Origin: Phoronis australis
Lineage: Eukaryota; Animalia; Phoronida
NCBI GenBank assembly: GCA_002633005.1
Contig: NMRA01000193.1
Span: 190,641 to 254,640 of the forward strand
Reading direction: 5' to 3'
DNA length: 64,000 bases
The position numbers and the translations under genes are program-made. Of this stretch, positions 1 to 12,770 are shown one piece after another. The notes under the pieces were generated by a model. It had not been told where the DNA came from. It saw nothing but the letters and a program-made list of their open reading frames with translations, and made no database searches. How positions within the stretch are numbered: the first letter of the stretch is position 1; every line of letters begins with the position of its first letter.

Positions 1-815
1 AGACGTCAGTATAGTACATTGTGAAATGTTCCAGTCCTCTTTTTTCTGGCATCACAGCTCGCCGGCTAATTATCCACCATGGTTCAAAGAGCTACCAAAA
101 CCGTTCATCAATGGGTACCAAAGAACCAAAACCTACAACATATATTTTGGCCATTTTTTATTACATTTCTTTGGGTGAAAACAGATCATAACTTAACTTT
201 TTACAAGTAATTCAATTTCAGAAGCCAAACAGTTTAAAAATTACCCGTTTAAGTCCACGATTTATCGGTTTACGTTAGCCAGTGTTTTATTGCTGGGAAG
301 CCATTGCTAAGGTGGGATTTGCCATACTTCAAACAATAGGGCCTGAAATCATAAACAGGTTTCTTGCTGACAGTGGGACTTTCACAGACCTATTGATGCA
401 GTACAAAGAGCCGTGAAACAGGCCGAGTTTCTAATACTGATGACGTGTTTTTTACTATTCTCTTTTGCAACGTTGAGGGGATGAGTTTGTACAGTTCCTT
501 TTGGATTCTTCTCAGCAGTTTTTATCTGAGTAATGAGACAGCCATGAGTGTAACTAAGTCACAGTACAACCAACCAACTGAACTAGCTCCGTGCAGTGAA
601 ATTTATGGTGGTAAAAGCAAGTGAGGTGACTTTCAAGGTAAATGTAGGTTGTTTTGAGTAAACATTTGTCTTGCCAGTTTATACGTTGTGCTCATGAACT
701 CTATTTAAAATCATTGAATGCCAAAATTTTTATTCTTCTTTTCATCACTGTGAATATTGTTTTAACTGTTATTGTTAGAAATTTCAGTTGTGTACCACTA
801 CTTTGTTTCGTGCAG

Positions 816-3800
816 ATTTGAAAGTTGTTGGCCTGCCTTCGCCAGGGACACTAGTGGTATCTTGTTTGTGTTTAACCCAGACCAGCCAAACCACGATAAG
901 GAGTTAGAAACATGGTAGGTCCACTAAGCAAACAGCTAATAAATGAACTGATTGGTTCAAGTTCTCTTACGTTTACCCAGCGTACATTGCTTATCGTGAA
1001 ATGTAGATTGCAGTTTTAAGGCAATGTAAGATCCTTAGAAAACTCTCCAAGTTTGGCTAACTCTGAACACATCATTTCTCAGAAGTGGCTGATCGGATCC
1101 TTGTAAAACTTTCACAATCAATGCTTTACACAAAGTTTCCAACACTCTATTGGTAAGTATTTAAAATGTTCCACTTTTGCATGAGCGGTTTTCAAAAATA
1201 GGATTTTTAAAATTTTAGAAAACACTCTAAAGTTGCATTAAACGAAAATGATGATATTTTAGAAAACTGTAACTGAACAGCGATTTTGAGATTTCATCAT
1301 GAAATTTGTTCATTTTCTTGACTCTGTTTTTTTTGCTATTGATGTATCTTTCCGTTTTGTAAAGTTTTTCTAAAAAATCTACAGGCTGTTTGCTTCCAGG
1401 AAATATTTTATTTTACAGAGTTAGTTTCTATAGTTTTGTTTAACAAAATGCACAGACTTGTCGATAGGGTCCCACGTAACCTTAAAGCACTTGTATTTTA
1501 ACTTAAACTGATGTTGATCATAAGAATATTGAAGCACCACTCAAGGATGAAAAATGTTTAACATGAATGATCACAGTTGTGTTTTGACTGAGAAAATCTT
1601 GTACCAAAGTTTCTTACATTAACATAACAATATGCACATTTGTATGTCCCATAGTAATAGTCATATTTAGTTAAGTCCGCTCCCTCTGGAGCTTTCCGTG
1701 ATAATCTGGTCAGTGTTTGACAAGCAAGTATTTCCTTGTTTTGCATCAACCAGGTTTAAATACTTGGTTCCCGTTACTGGAGTGAAGCCTGCACACACGC
1801 TGTGCTTTGAAAATGCAATCCCGCAGAGAGCGGGGCGGGCGAAAATTAAACTGCGTAAGTTTTTGTATGAGTGTTCCGTCCCAGAATCTACGTTGATTAT
1901 TAACCCCTTGTTTTATTTTCTGTCGGTTGTTGTTTTTAGCCAATTTTTGTCATACAAACTAAGTATGAGTGGTTTTTATTTGTAGAATGATTATTGTGTG
2001 TATTGTATTATGTGTAGCTTTGTTAACTAGGTACACCAGCGTTATCGTATTTGTTAGCTCAGTATATGCAATAATCAAATATATGTTATCATATCTGTCA
2101 AGTTTTATGCTTTTTCATGTTAATTATATGTTCAGTGATTATCCTCTATAATGTGTTAGTGACTCACCTTGGAAAGGAATTTTATTACCATTGACCACAT
2201 TGATGATACAAATTAGTCCTTTGTAGTTTTCCTTGCATCACCAAATTCTGTAACAAGTTACAAAATTCCTTCCCAAGTGGGGGCATTGTGTATTGTTTTG
2301 TTGCTGTCAAAGGGTCTCTCTCTCTCGTGTTTTAAAGAATGAGATAAACATTTGAGGAGAGACCCTGGCCTGAAATCCAATCTACAAACTTCAACTCCGC
2401 CTTCATAGTTTTGATATTTTCTGCTCAGATTTTCTACTCAAGTACACAATATTTTGTCCAGGTGAGTACATAGTGCAAGTTTGTACTAATGACCTACCTG
2501 TGCATTCAGACAACAAAATTCATATTTGAGGTACAAACTCCGATTTTTACATTTAAAAAGGTTTGAAATCATTTTGGTAAAACTTGAATTATGGATGCCT
2601 CTGGTTAAATCAAAACATGATTCAGTTAACAATTTAAGGCACTTATCTCTATTCTTGAGTTAGATAAAATAGAAAATGTCAAATTAAACTGAGAAAGAGT
2701 TTAAGTTCAGTTTCAAACGTTGGATTTCGGAGTCTATTTCTGACTAGGAGAGTCTTTTTGTGTTTTTTTTTTGGTTGCCTACCTGAGTGTGAATCTCACC
2801 TTTGTTGGTCTGTAGGTACCTTCATTTTGTTCAAGTTCATAAAGTGAAGGATACCCAGTGTATTGTGTTCGCTCATTCTAAGTCGTCTGGAGATAATGAC
2901 ACACAAGTGTCACTACGTAAGTACATGGTTCATCATAGACATTACTAACAGTAAAATCTCAACAATTAAGGACAGTAACAATTTTCACAAAATTTATGTA
3001 TTCGAAGTCTTCTATTAAGTTGTTTCTCAAAACATAGTATGTAGAACTTAGAAATGATAAATCATTTAATATTCAATTCTATTAATCTGTGATGAAAATT
3101 TTACTTGTCCACCATGTTGTGTCCTAAATTGGTGAGATGACATTGTAACTGTTGACATTCTTCGTTTGTTGGGACTAAGTGTTGACCTCACTTACCTCTG
3201 GGAAATATTTTAGCACCAAACAAAATTTTATATGAGAAATTAAACCTTTTTTTAGAATTATCATAAACTGAGTCTGTCACTCACCCTAGGGAGAGGGGTA
3301 ATTTCCCCTCATATGAGATAATTCTTCTTTGCAGAAGGCGTCAGACCTTGCCCTAAGGTGAGCAAGGGCCTGCATCCATCACTGTGAAAATTGTCTTTTT
3401 TACTTTATTATACATAATGAGACCTAAAAGCAAATGGAGCGAATCGAGAAGAATGTTTAGCTTAGTCATTCTTCGCCGATTTTGTGCAAAAATGTGAAAA
3501 AATTTCTATTTTTCAAATGATGATAACTTCACTGTAAATATTACAAGCTTTACAAAATTAGTGCATGATAGAAAAATGTATCTTTACAAAATGCTTGCGC
3601 CCTATATTGTGTGCTAAATTGTTACTCTGGATTTAAATCGGAAATTTTGCACCGAAATAACTGTCGTAGCTCTTTTCAATTTTGGCTTGATCCAGTTACC
3701 AGTGTGTAGACGTAAAATACTGATTACCAAAAATAAAGTTTAACACAGATTCAAAGCGAACTTCTACAAAAACTGCTAAACTTGTTGTTATTTGTTGTTT

Positions 3801-4026
3801 GTTTATTTTTGATATATGGTGGTCACATCTCAAATAGTACCGTAATCAATGTATGTGTTATGTACTTCCAGCTGCTATGTTTAGTAAGATACCCGTAGTA
3901 AAGACTAATATTGAAGATGACGCGGATGCTGTGAGGACAGAATTCCACCGTTTTCTCACAAATATCTTCAATACAATGTCGGAGAAACGTGAACAAGAAG
4001 AATTGAGTATTATGCAGAATCGGTAG
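816..4026 (+). CDS. IFT22: Intraflagellar transport protein 22 (Rab-like 5), 3' part; exons 816-914, 2816-2916, 3872-4026; 5' exons lie upstream of the window
   Basis: Spliced translation FESCWPAFARDTSGILFVFNPDQPNHDKELETW/YLHFVQVHKVKDTQCIVFAHSKSSGDNDTQVSL/PAMFSKIPVVKTNIEDDADAVRTEFHRFLTNIFNTMSEKREQEELSIMQNR* matches the IFT22/RABL5 C-terminal half (FESCWPA..., SE.R..EE.SIM). All junctions are AG/GT with consistent phases; stop TAG at 4024-4026. Confidence 0.95.
1020..1481. mobile_element. Non-autonomous DNA element with TTAA target duplication (Kolobok-like), in an IFT22 intron
   Basis: TTAA at 1016-1019 and 1482-1485; imperfect termini ggcaatgtaagatcc / gggtcccacgtaacc. Related sequence recurs at ~4928-5815, ~16413-16990, from ~34985 and at 48921-49433. 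Superfamily assignment is inferred from the TTAA TSD. Confidence 0.65.
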
Positions 4027-4074
4027 ACCTCAGCAGTACAGCAAGTAGTGAGGAACTTTTCCAGACTGATGGGC

Positions 4075-4335
4075 AGTCGATTGAACTACATAGTACAAAG
4101 CAGTGTTATACAGTACAGTTCAGTGAAGTGTTGAACAGTACAGTAAGTTATGGTACGGCACGGCATGGCACAGCACAGTACTCTCGATTAGGACAGTAAG
4201 CTCTGTATGGAGTAGCGTATTGTTGTGGGCCTAAATTACAATACCAACAGCACTACGCAGTTCAGAATATCTCATTGCTGTGCTGTACAATTTCATGCAG
4301 TAAAATACAATAGCCCATACCATAATGCAATTCAG
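4075..4335 (+). repeat. Degenerate pentanucleotide repeat (cagta/cagca/cggca) in the IFT22 3' UTR
   Basis: e.g. tacagtacagttcagtgaagtg, gtacggcacggcatggcacagcacagtac. Confidence 0.6.
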
Positions 4336-4927
4336 ATTGTGGATAAAACATCACTAGCCTGTATTGTAGAGAATAATCCATAACCCTTAATTGCTCCAGA
4401 AAAAAATTTTGTAAATAGTATGCACATAATATACTTGTATCTCAGTGGATTGTATACATTCATATAGTAATGTATTTATTTTTTGATTTTTCAAGTAAAA
4501 GCTAGTAATACGTATTGAAATTGTCTGTACTTTTTAAAATTTGTTGTATCTCTATTTCTTTTGGAAGAAGTATTTGCTTTGTTGGTAACATTATGACCAA
4601 ACCCATATATTGTTGCATTTGCGGGCAAGTTCAAATTAAGTTATGTCTTCGTGTTTTAAGAAAAATAAATTGTTCTGTTTTAAGGAGATTTGTGGCATTG
4701 TCTCATTGTTTTAGAAAGTATGGAGAAAATTCTACTGACAGTATACTCCTAAACTGTCATCACCTTTATATGAACTCTTATTATCATCACTAGTTCACAG
4801 GCAGAAATACCACACCTAATTCTAACTCATTAGATTGTGCAGAAACGCAAAATCTTAAAGTAAGGTGGACTAATTTTTCACTCCAAGAATTAAGTGCAGT
4901 TTGAGGACCACACTTATGTGTCCTTAA

Positions 4928-5815
4928 AGTCATGTAGGATTCTAGAAAAATGTTTAATTATGGCTAAGTTTGGAACATTAATCCCAGAAATGACTCATTA
5001 GATTCATATGATACTTACACATTACCCTTTTGTGCAATGTTCTCCAAAGCGCTCCAGGAATTGTTTTTAAATTGTTCCACTTTGCATATGAGGGGCTATA
5101 AAATTAGAATTTTTACTTTTCGGAATAACCCAAAATTGCATAAAACTAAAACTAAATAATTTAGAAAGCATTTATATCAAATAAAATTTGGTCATATAAA
5201 CATGTAATTCTTAAACCAGGGTGGAAATGTAATATCGCAAAATACTAGTCTGGACACAGGTGGCGTGCTGACCAGACTTGGCGTGCTGACCACATGTTTA
5301 GGATAAAATTTGGTCATGTTATTGTTACCGTTGCTTTACCATTTTGGGCTTGGAGGGTAACTAGTCCACATAATGGCTTAGAATTTTGGGTAAATCTTGG
5401 GTATCCTTCCCATGCACATACAACAGCCGAACCTTTTGAAATTGACATGCAAGAGCAGTGAAAGTAGTTCTTAGTGAAGCCTGCTCTTAGTCATACAACT
5501 TTCCCAAAAATCCTGGGTAAGTGAACACAATTGTGGACCTGGCCGAGGAGACAATTTTTATTACCCCTATGGATTCTAAATAGCACAGCCAGAAATGCTC
5601 CGAATGTACCATTTTGCTAGTTTTATAAAAAATGCGTGGTCACGTCACCCAATTGATGAGAGATTGGTGTAAAGTTAAACATCTAACTCTACAGCCGTCC
5701 TACTTTAAAAAATGTATACTGTTACTGGGTTAAAATTACTGTTACTGGGTTAAAATTACTGTTTTGTTGATATTTGGGTAAATACACAGACTTGTCCGTA
5801 AGACCCCACATAACC
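4928..5815. mobile_element. Longer or interrupted copy of the TTAA-type non-autonomous DNA element
   Basis: Starts after TTAA (4924-4927) with agtcatgtaggattctagaaaaatg and ends cacagacttgtccgtaagaccccacataacc. Both ends resemble the 1020-1481 and 48921-49433 copies. Confidence 0.55.
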
Positions 5816-6491
5816 TGAGTAGCGAAGAAGTGTTCATTAAAACAGACGCAACATTGTAGGAGTGAGCAAGTTAACACGAATTAATAATGTATTTATTAGT
5901 TGCCTCTGACAAACCATGGCTCATTACAATAAAGTTGCATCAGCTGGTGATACAGACTCACGTATTTATTGTCTGAGCTCGCCATTTAACATTTATCCAT
6001 TTGAGGGAAATTCAAAATTGTTGCATAAATGAGCTTCAGGTGACCAAGGGGTACAAATGTACCTGTCAGTTTCTACGGGGTACGGAGATCTACTCTTCAA
6101 GGAACCGCTCATTCGGGACAGCTCAGGCTGTCGATCGGCAAAATGGGAAACGACGACGATGTCCGATGGGTGGAGGGCAGAGTAAACGTTCCGCTGGCCA
6201 CACCTAGTCGTTACAAAAACTGCGGACTACGGAATTTTCTAGCCAGTCTCACAAGCCAAGGGCATAGCTTTCATATGCAAGTACGCACTTACCTATTATA
6301 CAGGTAATTAGAGAAATTTTCTGAGAACATGTGAGCGCGGGAATATGTCGTAATTTTAACCCTGAGTCTGGTGCTGGGGTGTATGTGTTCAAAAAATAAT
6401 ATATTCAGCCTTGTGTATGTTCGAGGCACTGCATGTAAAAATGACATGGTTATTGGTGTGTGTTCCTGAAAATAGCCATAACATTCCTAAT

Positions 6492-6750
6492 CATGCGCGC
6501 ACCCAGCCTTTGATATGGGGGGGCTTGAATTTCTGACAAAGTGGACCTTTTGCTAACAAAATAGCGGGATGACTAAAAGACGGGGTACCACGTACCTTCA
6601 GGTATGTGAACTGTGCGTCTGCGCCTTTATAATAGACTTTTGTCTCGTTTTCTTGGACTTTTTGTTTCTCCGAGACAGACCTTTTACCACTTCGCCAAAT
6701 GGGGGGGAGGCTCGCTCGAGCCCCCCGAACACCCCCCGGGTGCGCGCATG
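6492..6750. mobile_element. MITE with CATGCGCGCACCC terminal inverted repeats
   Basis: catgcgcgcaccc at 6492 and gggtgcgcgcatg ending at 6750. Same family at 59927-60202, ~33050-33271 and ~55330-55560. Confidence 0.8.
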
Positions 6751-6955
6751 TCACTTGCAGTGTCATGCCGGCGGCGCAGGCAGATTTGAGGGAGCGCGCC
6801 TCGTGGCATTGGCATGTCATCGCACAGCTCAACTGACGCACCTTTAACGCAGACACGAAAACTTCCCAAATAGTACGATTGAACAACCAGTGTGATCAAA
6901 TTTGTCACTACGTAAGAATCAAGTCGAAAACCAAAATATAACTAAACTGTAATCG

Positions 6956-8118
6956 GCATACCATGAATAATACGCTTGCATTTCTAAAGATATGCGGGAA
7001 TTTTCTCCGCTCGTCCTTCTGAGCGGCTTTTACCAGGATCAAAGATAGCGCGGTGCCGGTGTCAGGTACAGTTGAGATGACCGCATTGCCCGATGGGAGC
7101 AAGACCCAGTTAAGTGTAATTACCCGACCATAAACTGTATTAAACATCCCTGTCTGTACATAAAGGGGAATTTTCAACTAAAGGCATTAACCACTAATTT
7201 TCGTTAAAAACGAACACCAAAACATCCAAGTACCGGAGGTTTTCGATTTTTAAAAATCGATGAACTAGTAATCTAAAAACCACAACCATTGGGTACGATT
7301 GAAGATAAACTACCGCGCGTATTGATGTACTCGGTGGATATACAAACGCTGATCAGAGTTAACAACATCACATGGATTCATTTCTTAATATTCTTTAAAT
7401 CTCGTTCAACCATTTTTTACCAGGAAACAGTTGTACTTAACTTGTGCCCACTTTTTATTTTTTATTACTGACAAAGAGCTGAAATAGTTATATAGTCAGT
7501 GCCACCGAAATTGTCCAGAGATTCCAAATCTTCAGTTTGCTTACCACCATATTTGCACTTTTGTATATTTTATGATTTGAGTTCCCATAAAGATCAAACT
7601 TTAATGACACGTGAAATGTTTAGTGTACGTGTAATGTGGAAAGTTCAGGGATGGGCTCACAATGAACTTAGCTAATTAAGTTTCGCTGGCGATCAAAATC
7701 TAACACTGTTTTGGTATTTCAACTCGTTCCCGGTAAGAAAATAAAACAATTGGCAGAAGCATTAAAAATTAAATAACGAAAACCAATATGAAACATATCG
7801 TTCCTTTGGGAAGTGGCCCTTTGTGAAGATAAACACAAGTTAACCTTTTTAGTCATTTTGTAATATTAATAATGTACCAAGTTAAAACTACTCTCCAGAG
7901 TTGCAGGCTATAACTCTACAAATGTCAGAGAAAAAACAAATTGGGGGCACTAACAACCACCATTGTTGAGGCAGTAATGCAGTAATGTTAGCTATTACCT
8001 TTCCATTTCATTAGCTCAGATCTACATCAATACAAAGGACGTGCTGAATAGGCATCGTAAACGTTGTCTGGGGCTAAGGGAATCTGAGCGGTGACCAGTG
8101 TAAGCGAGAAATTCTCCA
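6956..8118. repeat. Left arm of a ~1.15-kb diverged inverted duplication (partner 10862-12009)
   Basis: Colinear reverse-complement match along the whole arm, e.g. taagcgagaaattctcca (8101-8118) vs tggagaatttctcgctta (10862-10879); gaccgcattgcccgatg vs catcgggcaatgcggtc. Confidence 0.92.
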
Positions 8119-8260
8119 CATGGTCTCCTTGCTTTGGTCTTGGCAAGTATGAAGAGGTTTGAATAAAAACAATAAACTATTTCTAGCGACATTATGTTTC
8201 GGCTGGAACGTACGTCAAAGTTACAGTGGGACACACTTTTGGCATCATCCCTATCATATA

Positions 8261-8437
8261 CAGGGGCGAATCTAGGATTTTGAGTTGGGGTGGAGGGGGG
8301 CAGGACAGAGTACTAGTATTAGTCAGGATTTTGCCTGTCAGACATTAGCACCCCCGAAACGCCAAATGGAATCTGGGAGAATTTTAGGGGGGGCATGACC
8401 CCCTTGCTTGCCCCCCCCCCCTCTAAATCCGCCATTG
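8261..8437. mobile_element. Short MITE with CAGGGGCG(A/G)ATCTAG-type termini
   Basis: caggggcgaatctagg ... ctaaatccgccattg; flanks atata / atatg form a near-perfect 5-bp TSD. Confidence 0.7.
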
Positions 8438-10099
8438 ATATGCGGTTGCGTCTCGTAACTCGTGACACCATGCAGGTGGACCATCCGTTGGCGAGTTGGA
8501 GCCTTTAGTAAAACATGAGAATGTTTAAAAACCATAGAATTCAAGGGGATGGGGAATGGGACATACTATGGACGCTGCGACCTTCCATTTAATCTTTTAT
8601 TATCATAAAAACGTCGCGCACGCACCTCAAACGTTTTTCATTTGGGCGTATGGTCAAACTGGGCCCCTTTGCGACATCCTAGATCCACCTGTGGGAAGAA
8701 TCTAACGTTAAAGAGCTTCATACGAATTGATTGTTGCATTTTGTGTGAAGATGACGAAGTTACAAAACGTCGCTGTATCAATTCCCGGCTCCCGGGTTCA
8801 GCCACGATCATTCACCTTGTGTCAAACACTTGAATATCACCTTTCGATTTGGACAACTTATCATTATATAATCGGTCTCGTCTTGTTCTACACTTGTATT
8901 AGATAATTGGTTCTAGACGTGAGAAGGACTGACAGGTCCCCGTCATTATTCACATCAAACTAAGAGCTTGTCACGGCGGGTTACTTCATTTGCCAAAACA
9001 GTTGGCCGTTCGGTTAAAAGAACGATTTGTTGTAACCAATTTCAATTCAAACAAAGTACAAGTGAGTGGCGATGTTGCGTCAGCAGATAAAAAGCATGTG
9101 AAGATAACACTAAAACAGGAAAGGAAGTGTCGGTTGTCTTCTTTGAGACAAAGCGTTCTGTGTACTATCCCATGTCGTAACGTATTATCAATAGTCCTGC
9201 TGCATTCATAGAATCATTTGAAAATTGGGCATGCTGGCTTACTCTCGACGTAGCCCATGGACATCGCAAAAACCTTGCCATCAACCAGGGTGATCGGAAA
9301 GTCAAGGATAAATACAAAAAGAAACGTGGTTGATATTATCGGAACAAAATAAGTGGCTTTTAGGCAACTGAATGGAATGTTTTGTCATACTGCTAACTAG
9401 AGAATTCTTTATGTGGATCTGTACGTCATGCATGCTTTTCAGAAAAGGTGGACGAGCTGTCGTGGGTCATGCGTTGTTTCGTGGGGGACGTGTGGCAATC
9501 TTAAAACGCATTAAACCCGTCCTTTCTATCAAAAAACAAGTTTTGATTCGGTCCTCTTACTATTGTGGTATTGGTCTCAAATTGCTCCTTACAGTCAAAT
9601 TAGTGTCCATTTCAGGGCTTAATTGAACGAAAAAGGTGATAGTTTGTTATTGCCGAGAACTGAAATTTTATAAGCTTGGTTTGAAAGAAGGACCATCAAT
9701 TCTTCCCCGTCACAGAGTTCACTCAAGTAAATGAAGCAAAGAACAATATATGATCGATTTTATAAGTGGATGATTCCAAATCTTGTTTTTGACTCCCGCA
9801 CTGGTTTAATCTTGACGCTTTAAGAAAAATAAAATTTGCCGCCGTAATAAGTAGTCCTGGGAGTTTTGACGTTGGGCAACTGTTTGATGGCAAATAACGG
9901 TCTGTAAGTGAAAAATTGTTGACGGGCGAGAACGTGAGGCCCAATTGTAATACGACGACTGCCTACTGTTTGTATAGGACTGTGTTTAGGCTGTGTTTTT
10001 AGACTCATTTTTTGTCCTTTTTACCGACTGATAATACACAAATTATACAAATTACAAACAAAAATACATTAAATATGAAATTGAATTATATAACATGTG

Positions 10100-10419
10100 C
10101 AGTGGCCGAACTAGGATATCAGGATATCATAAGGGGGGCCCAACATGTTGCCCCAGGAAATTGGACAAGGTGTGATTGGCATGTGCGCAGGTCCGCGCAG
10201 GTGCACCCTCTGTTCAGGAAAATCTACCATTCGACTAAAAAAAAAATCGAGAGCAGTCACCCCTCGGCAACCTGGACCTTCACCCGCTACCGGTCCTACT
10301 TCCTGAACTCTTGAACTCAATATTTCCTCACGCTTCGCACTGTTGCTCTTTCGGTTTGCTTAGTGGAGGGGGNAATATTTCCTCACGCCCCCCCCCCCCC
10401 CCCCCTAAATCCGCCTGTG
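10100..10419. mobile_element. MITE related to 8261-8437, with 5-bp TSD ATGTG; contains an assembly N at 10373
   Basis: cagtggccgaactagg ... cctaaatccgcctgtg; atgtg at 10095-10099 and 10420-10424. Confidence 0.7.
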
Positions 10420-10861
10420 ATGTGTTCATTCGTGAAAAGATGACAGCGGCGAGACATGGAGAAAATAGACAATTCAAGAGAACATTTATCTACCACCAGT
10501 GCTTGATTTACCCTTCTAGAGCCCTCAATGCCAGAACGTTGTTGTTAGGGCCGGGGGTCCATTTTTCAAAACTTAGATCGTCTAAACGTTCTTAAAAACG
10601 TGCGCATAATCCTTCATACATTTCGAAAAAAGTCGAGAAAGTTTGCAAAGTAAGAAAGCTTTTACAGAGCATATTAAGTCAATTGATTTTTATATTCAAG
10701 ATGACAATTTTAGGGAATGCAAAACTATGCTTTTCAGGGGCCCTTGTATGGCATTGCAAGGGATAATGGAGCCCTCTGTGGTTTTTTTTTCGTTTATTCT
10801 CGAAATTGTATATCACTTGATAAAAACTGAGAACCGCACAGATAACAGTTGCTGCTCCTTT

Positions 10862-12009
10862 TGGAGAATTTCTCGCTTACACTGGTGACCGCTTTGATTC
10901 CCTAAGCCCTAGACAACTTTTACGATGCCTAGTCAGCACGCCCTTTTTATTTATGTAGATCTGAGCTAATGAAGTGGAAAGGTAATAGCTAGCATTACTG
11001 TCTCAACAATGGTTGTTGTTAGTACCCCCAATTTGATTTTCTCTGACATTTGCAGAATTATAGCCTGCAACTCTGGAGAGTAGTTAACTTGATACATCAT
11101 AACTATTATAAAATTACTAAAAAGGTTAACTTGTGTTTATCTTCACAAAGGGCCACTTCCCAAAGGAACGATATGTTTTATACTTTTTAATGCCCACTTG
11201 CTTTTTTCTTACCAGGAACGGGTTGATAACTTTTTATCTAAGTTTTGAACTTGAAGTACCAAAACAGTGGTAGATTTTGATCGCCAGCTAAGCTTAATTA
11301 GGGTTATGCTCATTGTGAGCCCGTCCCTAAACTTACCACATTACACGTACACTAAACATTTCACGTGTCATTAACGTTTAATATTTATTAAAACTCAAAT
11401 CATAAATATATACAAAAGTGCAAATATGGTGATAACCAAACTGAAGATTTGGAATCTCTGGACAATTTCGGTTGCACTGACTACATAACTATTCTAGCAC
11501 TTTGTCAGTAATAAAAAATGAAAAGTGGGCACAACACTTTTTCCTGGTCAAAAATCTGGTTAAACGAGATTGAAAGAGTGTTAAAAAATGAATCCAAGTG
11601 ATATTGTTAACTCTGATCAGCGTTTGTATATCCACCGCGTTAGTTTATCTTCAATGGTACCCAATGGTTGTAGTTTTTAGATTATTAGTTCATCGGTTTT
11701 TAAAAATCGAAAACCGTACTTGGTTGTTTTTTCCAGCTGAATACCGCCGTGGTGTTCGTTTATAACGAAAATTAGTGGTTAATGCATTTTGAAAATTCGT
11801 CATTATGTACAGTCAGAGATGTCTAATACAGTTTATGGTCTCATAGTTACATTTAATTGGATCTTGCTCACATCGGGCAATGCGGTCATCACAATTGTAC
11901 CTGATTCCGGCGCCGCGCTCTCTTTGATCCTGGTACAAGGCACTCAGAAGGACAAGCGGTGAAAATTCCCGCGTATGCGTGACTTGTAAGCGTATTATTC
12001 ACTGTATGC
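10862..12009. repeat. Right arm of the inverted duplication (partner 6956-8118)
   Basis: Reverse complement of 6956-8118 with substitutions and small indels, e.g. an extra ~30 nt near 11225-11250. Confidence 0.92.
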
Positions 12010-12229
12010 GGTGTTTTTGAAATTCCTTTCGAGTCACGTACTTATTTCTGGGGCCCAGCCTTTGGGGGGGGGGGGCATTGATGGCATCCCCTCTGTCTGA
12101 ATCCGGCACTATATCGGATCAAGAGAAGATTAAGATAAAATTTCAACTAAATTCAAGGAAAAAACATGCAAAGCACAGCAGTATCCAGACATTCGGCCCA
12201 AACGATCAAAATGATATTTTAAAAATACA

Positions 12230-12770
12230 ATAGGATATATCGGACAGCCATCGACGGAAAGTGGTGCCAAGTTTTTAGAACCATGTCTTGAAGAACGTAC
12301 CGGTCTACACCGTGAATTACGCAGAATGAATATTTCCGAGTTTGAACGCCTTAAGTTGGCGTAGTGGCTTACTGGGCTCCACTTCGGATAGTTTGCATTG
12401 CTACCCTCGCGTGCCACGTGGATCGTTCGAGGGAAGTGTCGCCCATAATTACAAGCAAAATAATTACGGACGACACTTTCACCCGAACGGCCCATGGATT
12501 CTGCCCGTTGGCGATCCACAAAGATTTCCTTTCATTATCTCCCCTAGTAGTCGATAGGGGGCACAACAGACACGTGCTCGCAATGGCCGACCTGCGAGTC
12601 CTTAGCGACCAGCTAAGTTCACTTCATAAGCTAACAACCTTAAAACGAGAATATTTGAATAACAATAGAACCTGTTATTTTAATCAACATTCAGGTATGC
12701 AATAGGCCGATCAATTCAACTGCTCAAGCGAAGACGGCTTCGTCCTAGATATTTGAAGAAAAGGGTAAGT
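12230..12770 (+). promoter_or_regulatory. CpG-rich putative promoter and non-coding first exon of the ANKAR-like gene
   Basis: CpG-dense stretch ending in a strong donor AAGG|GTAAGT (GT at 12765-12766), followed by CpG-poor intron-like DNA. The link to the ANKAR-like gene is inferred from position. Confidence 0.35.

Larger units (their letters stand above)
5996..9330 (-). pseudogene. Candidate decayed multi-exon gene of unknown family with short introns (tentative)
   Basis: Minus-strand blocks bounded by splice-like signals. AG|GTAAGT donor near 6292; acceptor near 6205 followed by an open frame CGQRNVYSALHPSDIVVVSHFADRQPELSRMSGSLKSRSPYPVETDRYICTPWSPEAHLCNNFEFPSNG* and then AATAAA motifs. 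Further blocks near 6755-6907, 8000-8155, 8215-8503, 8815-8880 and 9243-9295. Frames are ambiguous and several contain stops. Confidence 0.3.

Noticed and set aside
12130-12705. Four overlapping ORFs on both strands
   Set aside because: Expected in a GC/CpG-rich promoter-like region; no homology, and no phase-compatible link to the ANKAR-like exons.
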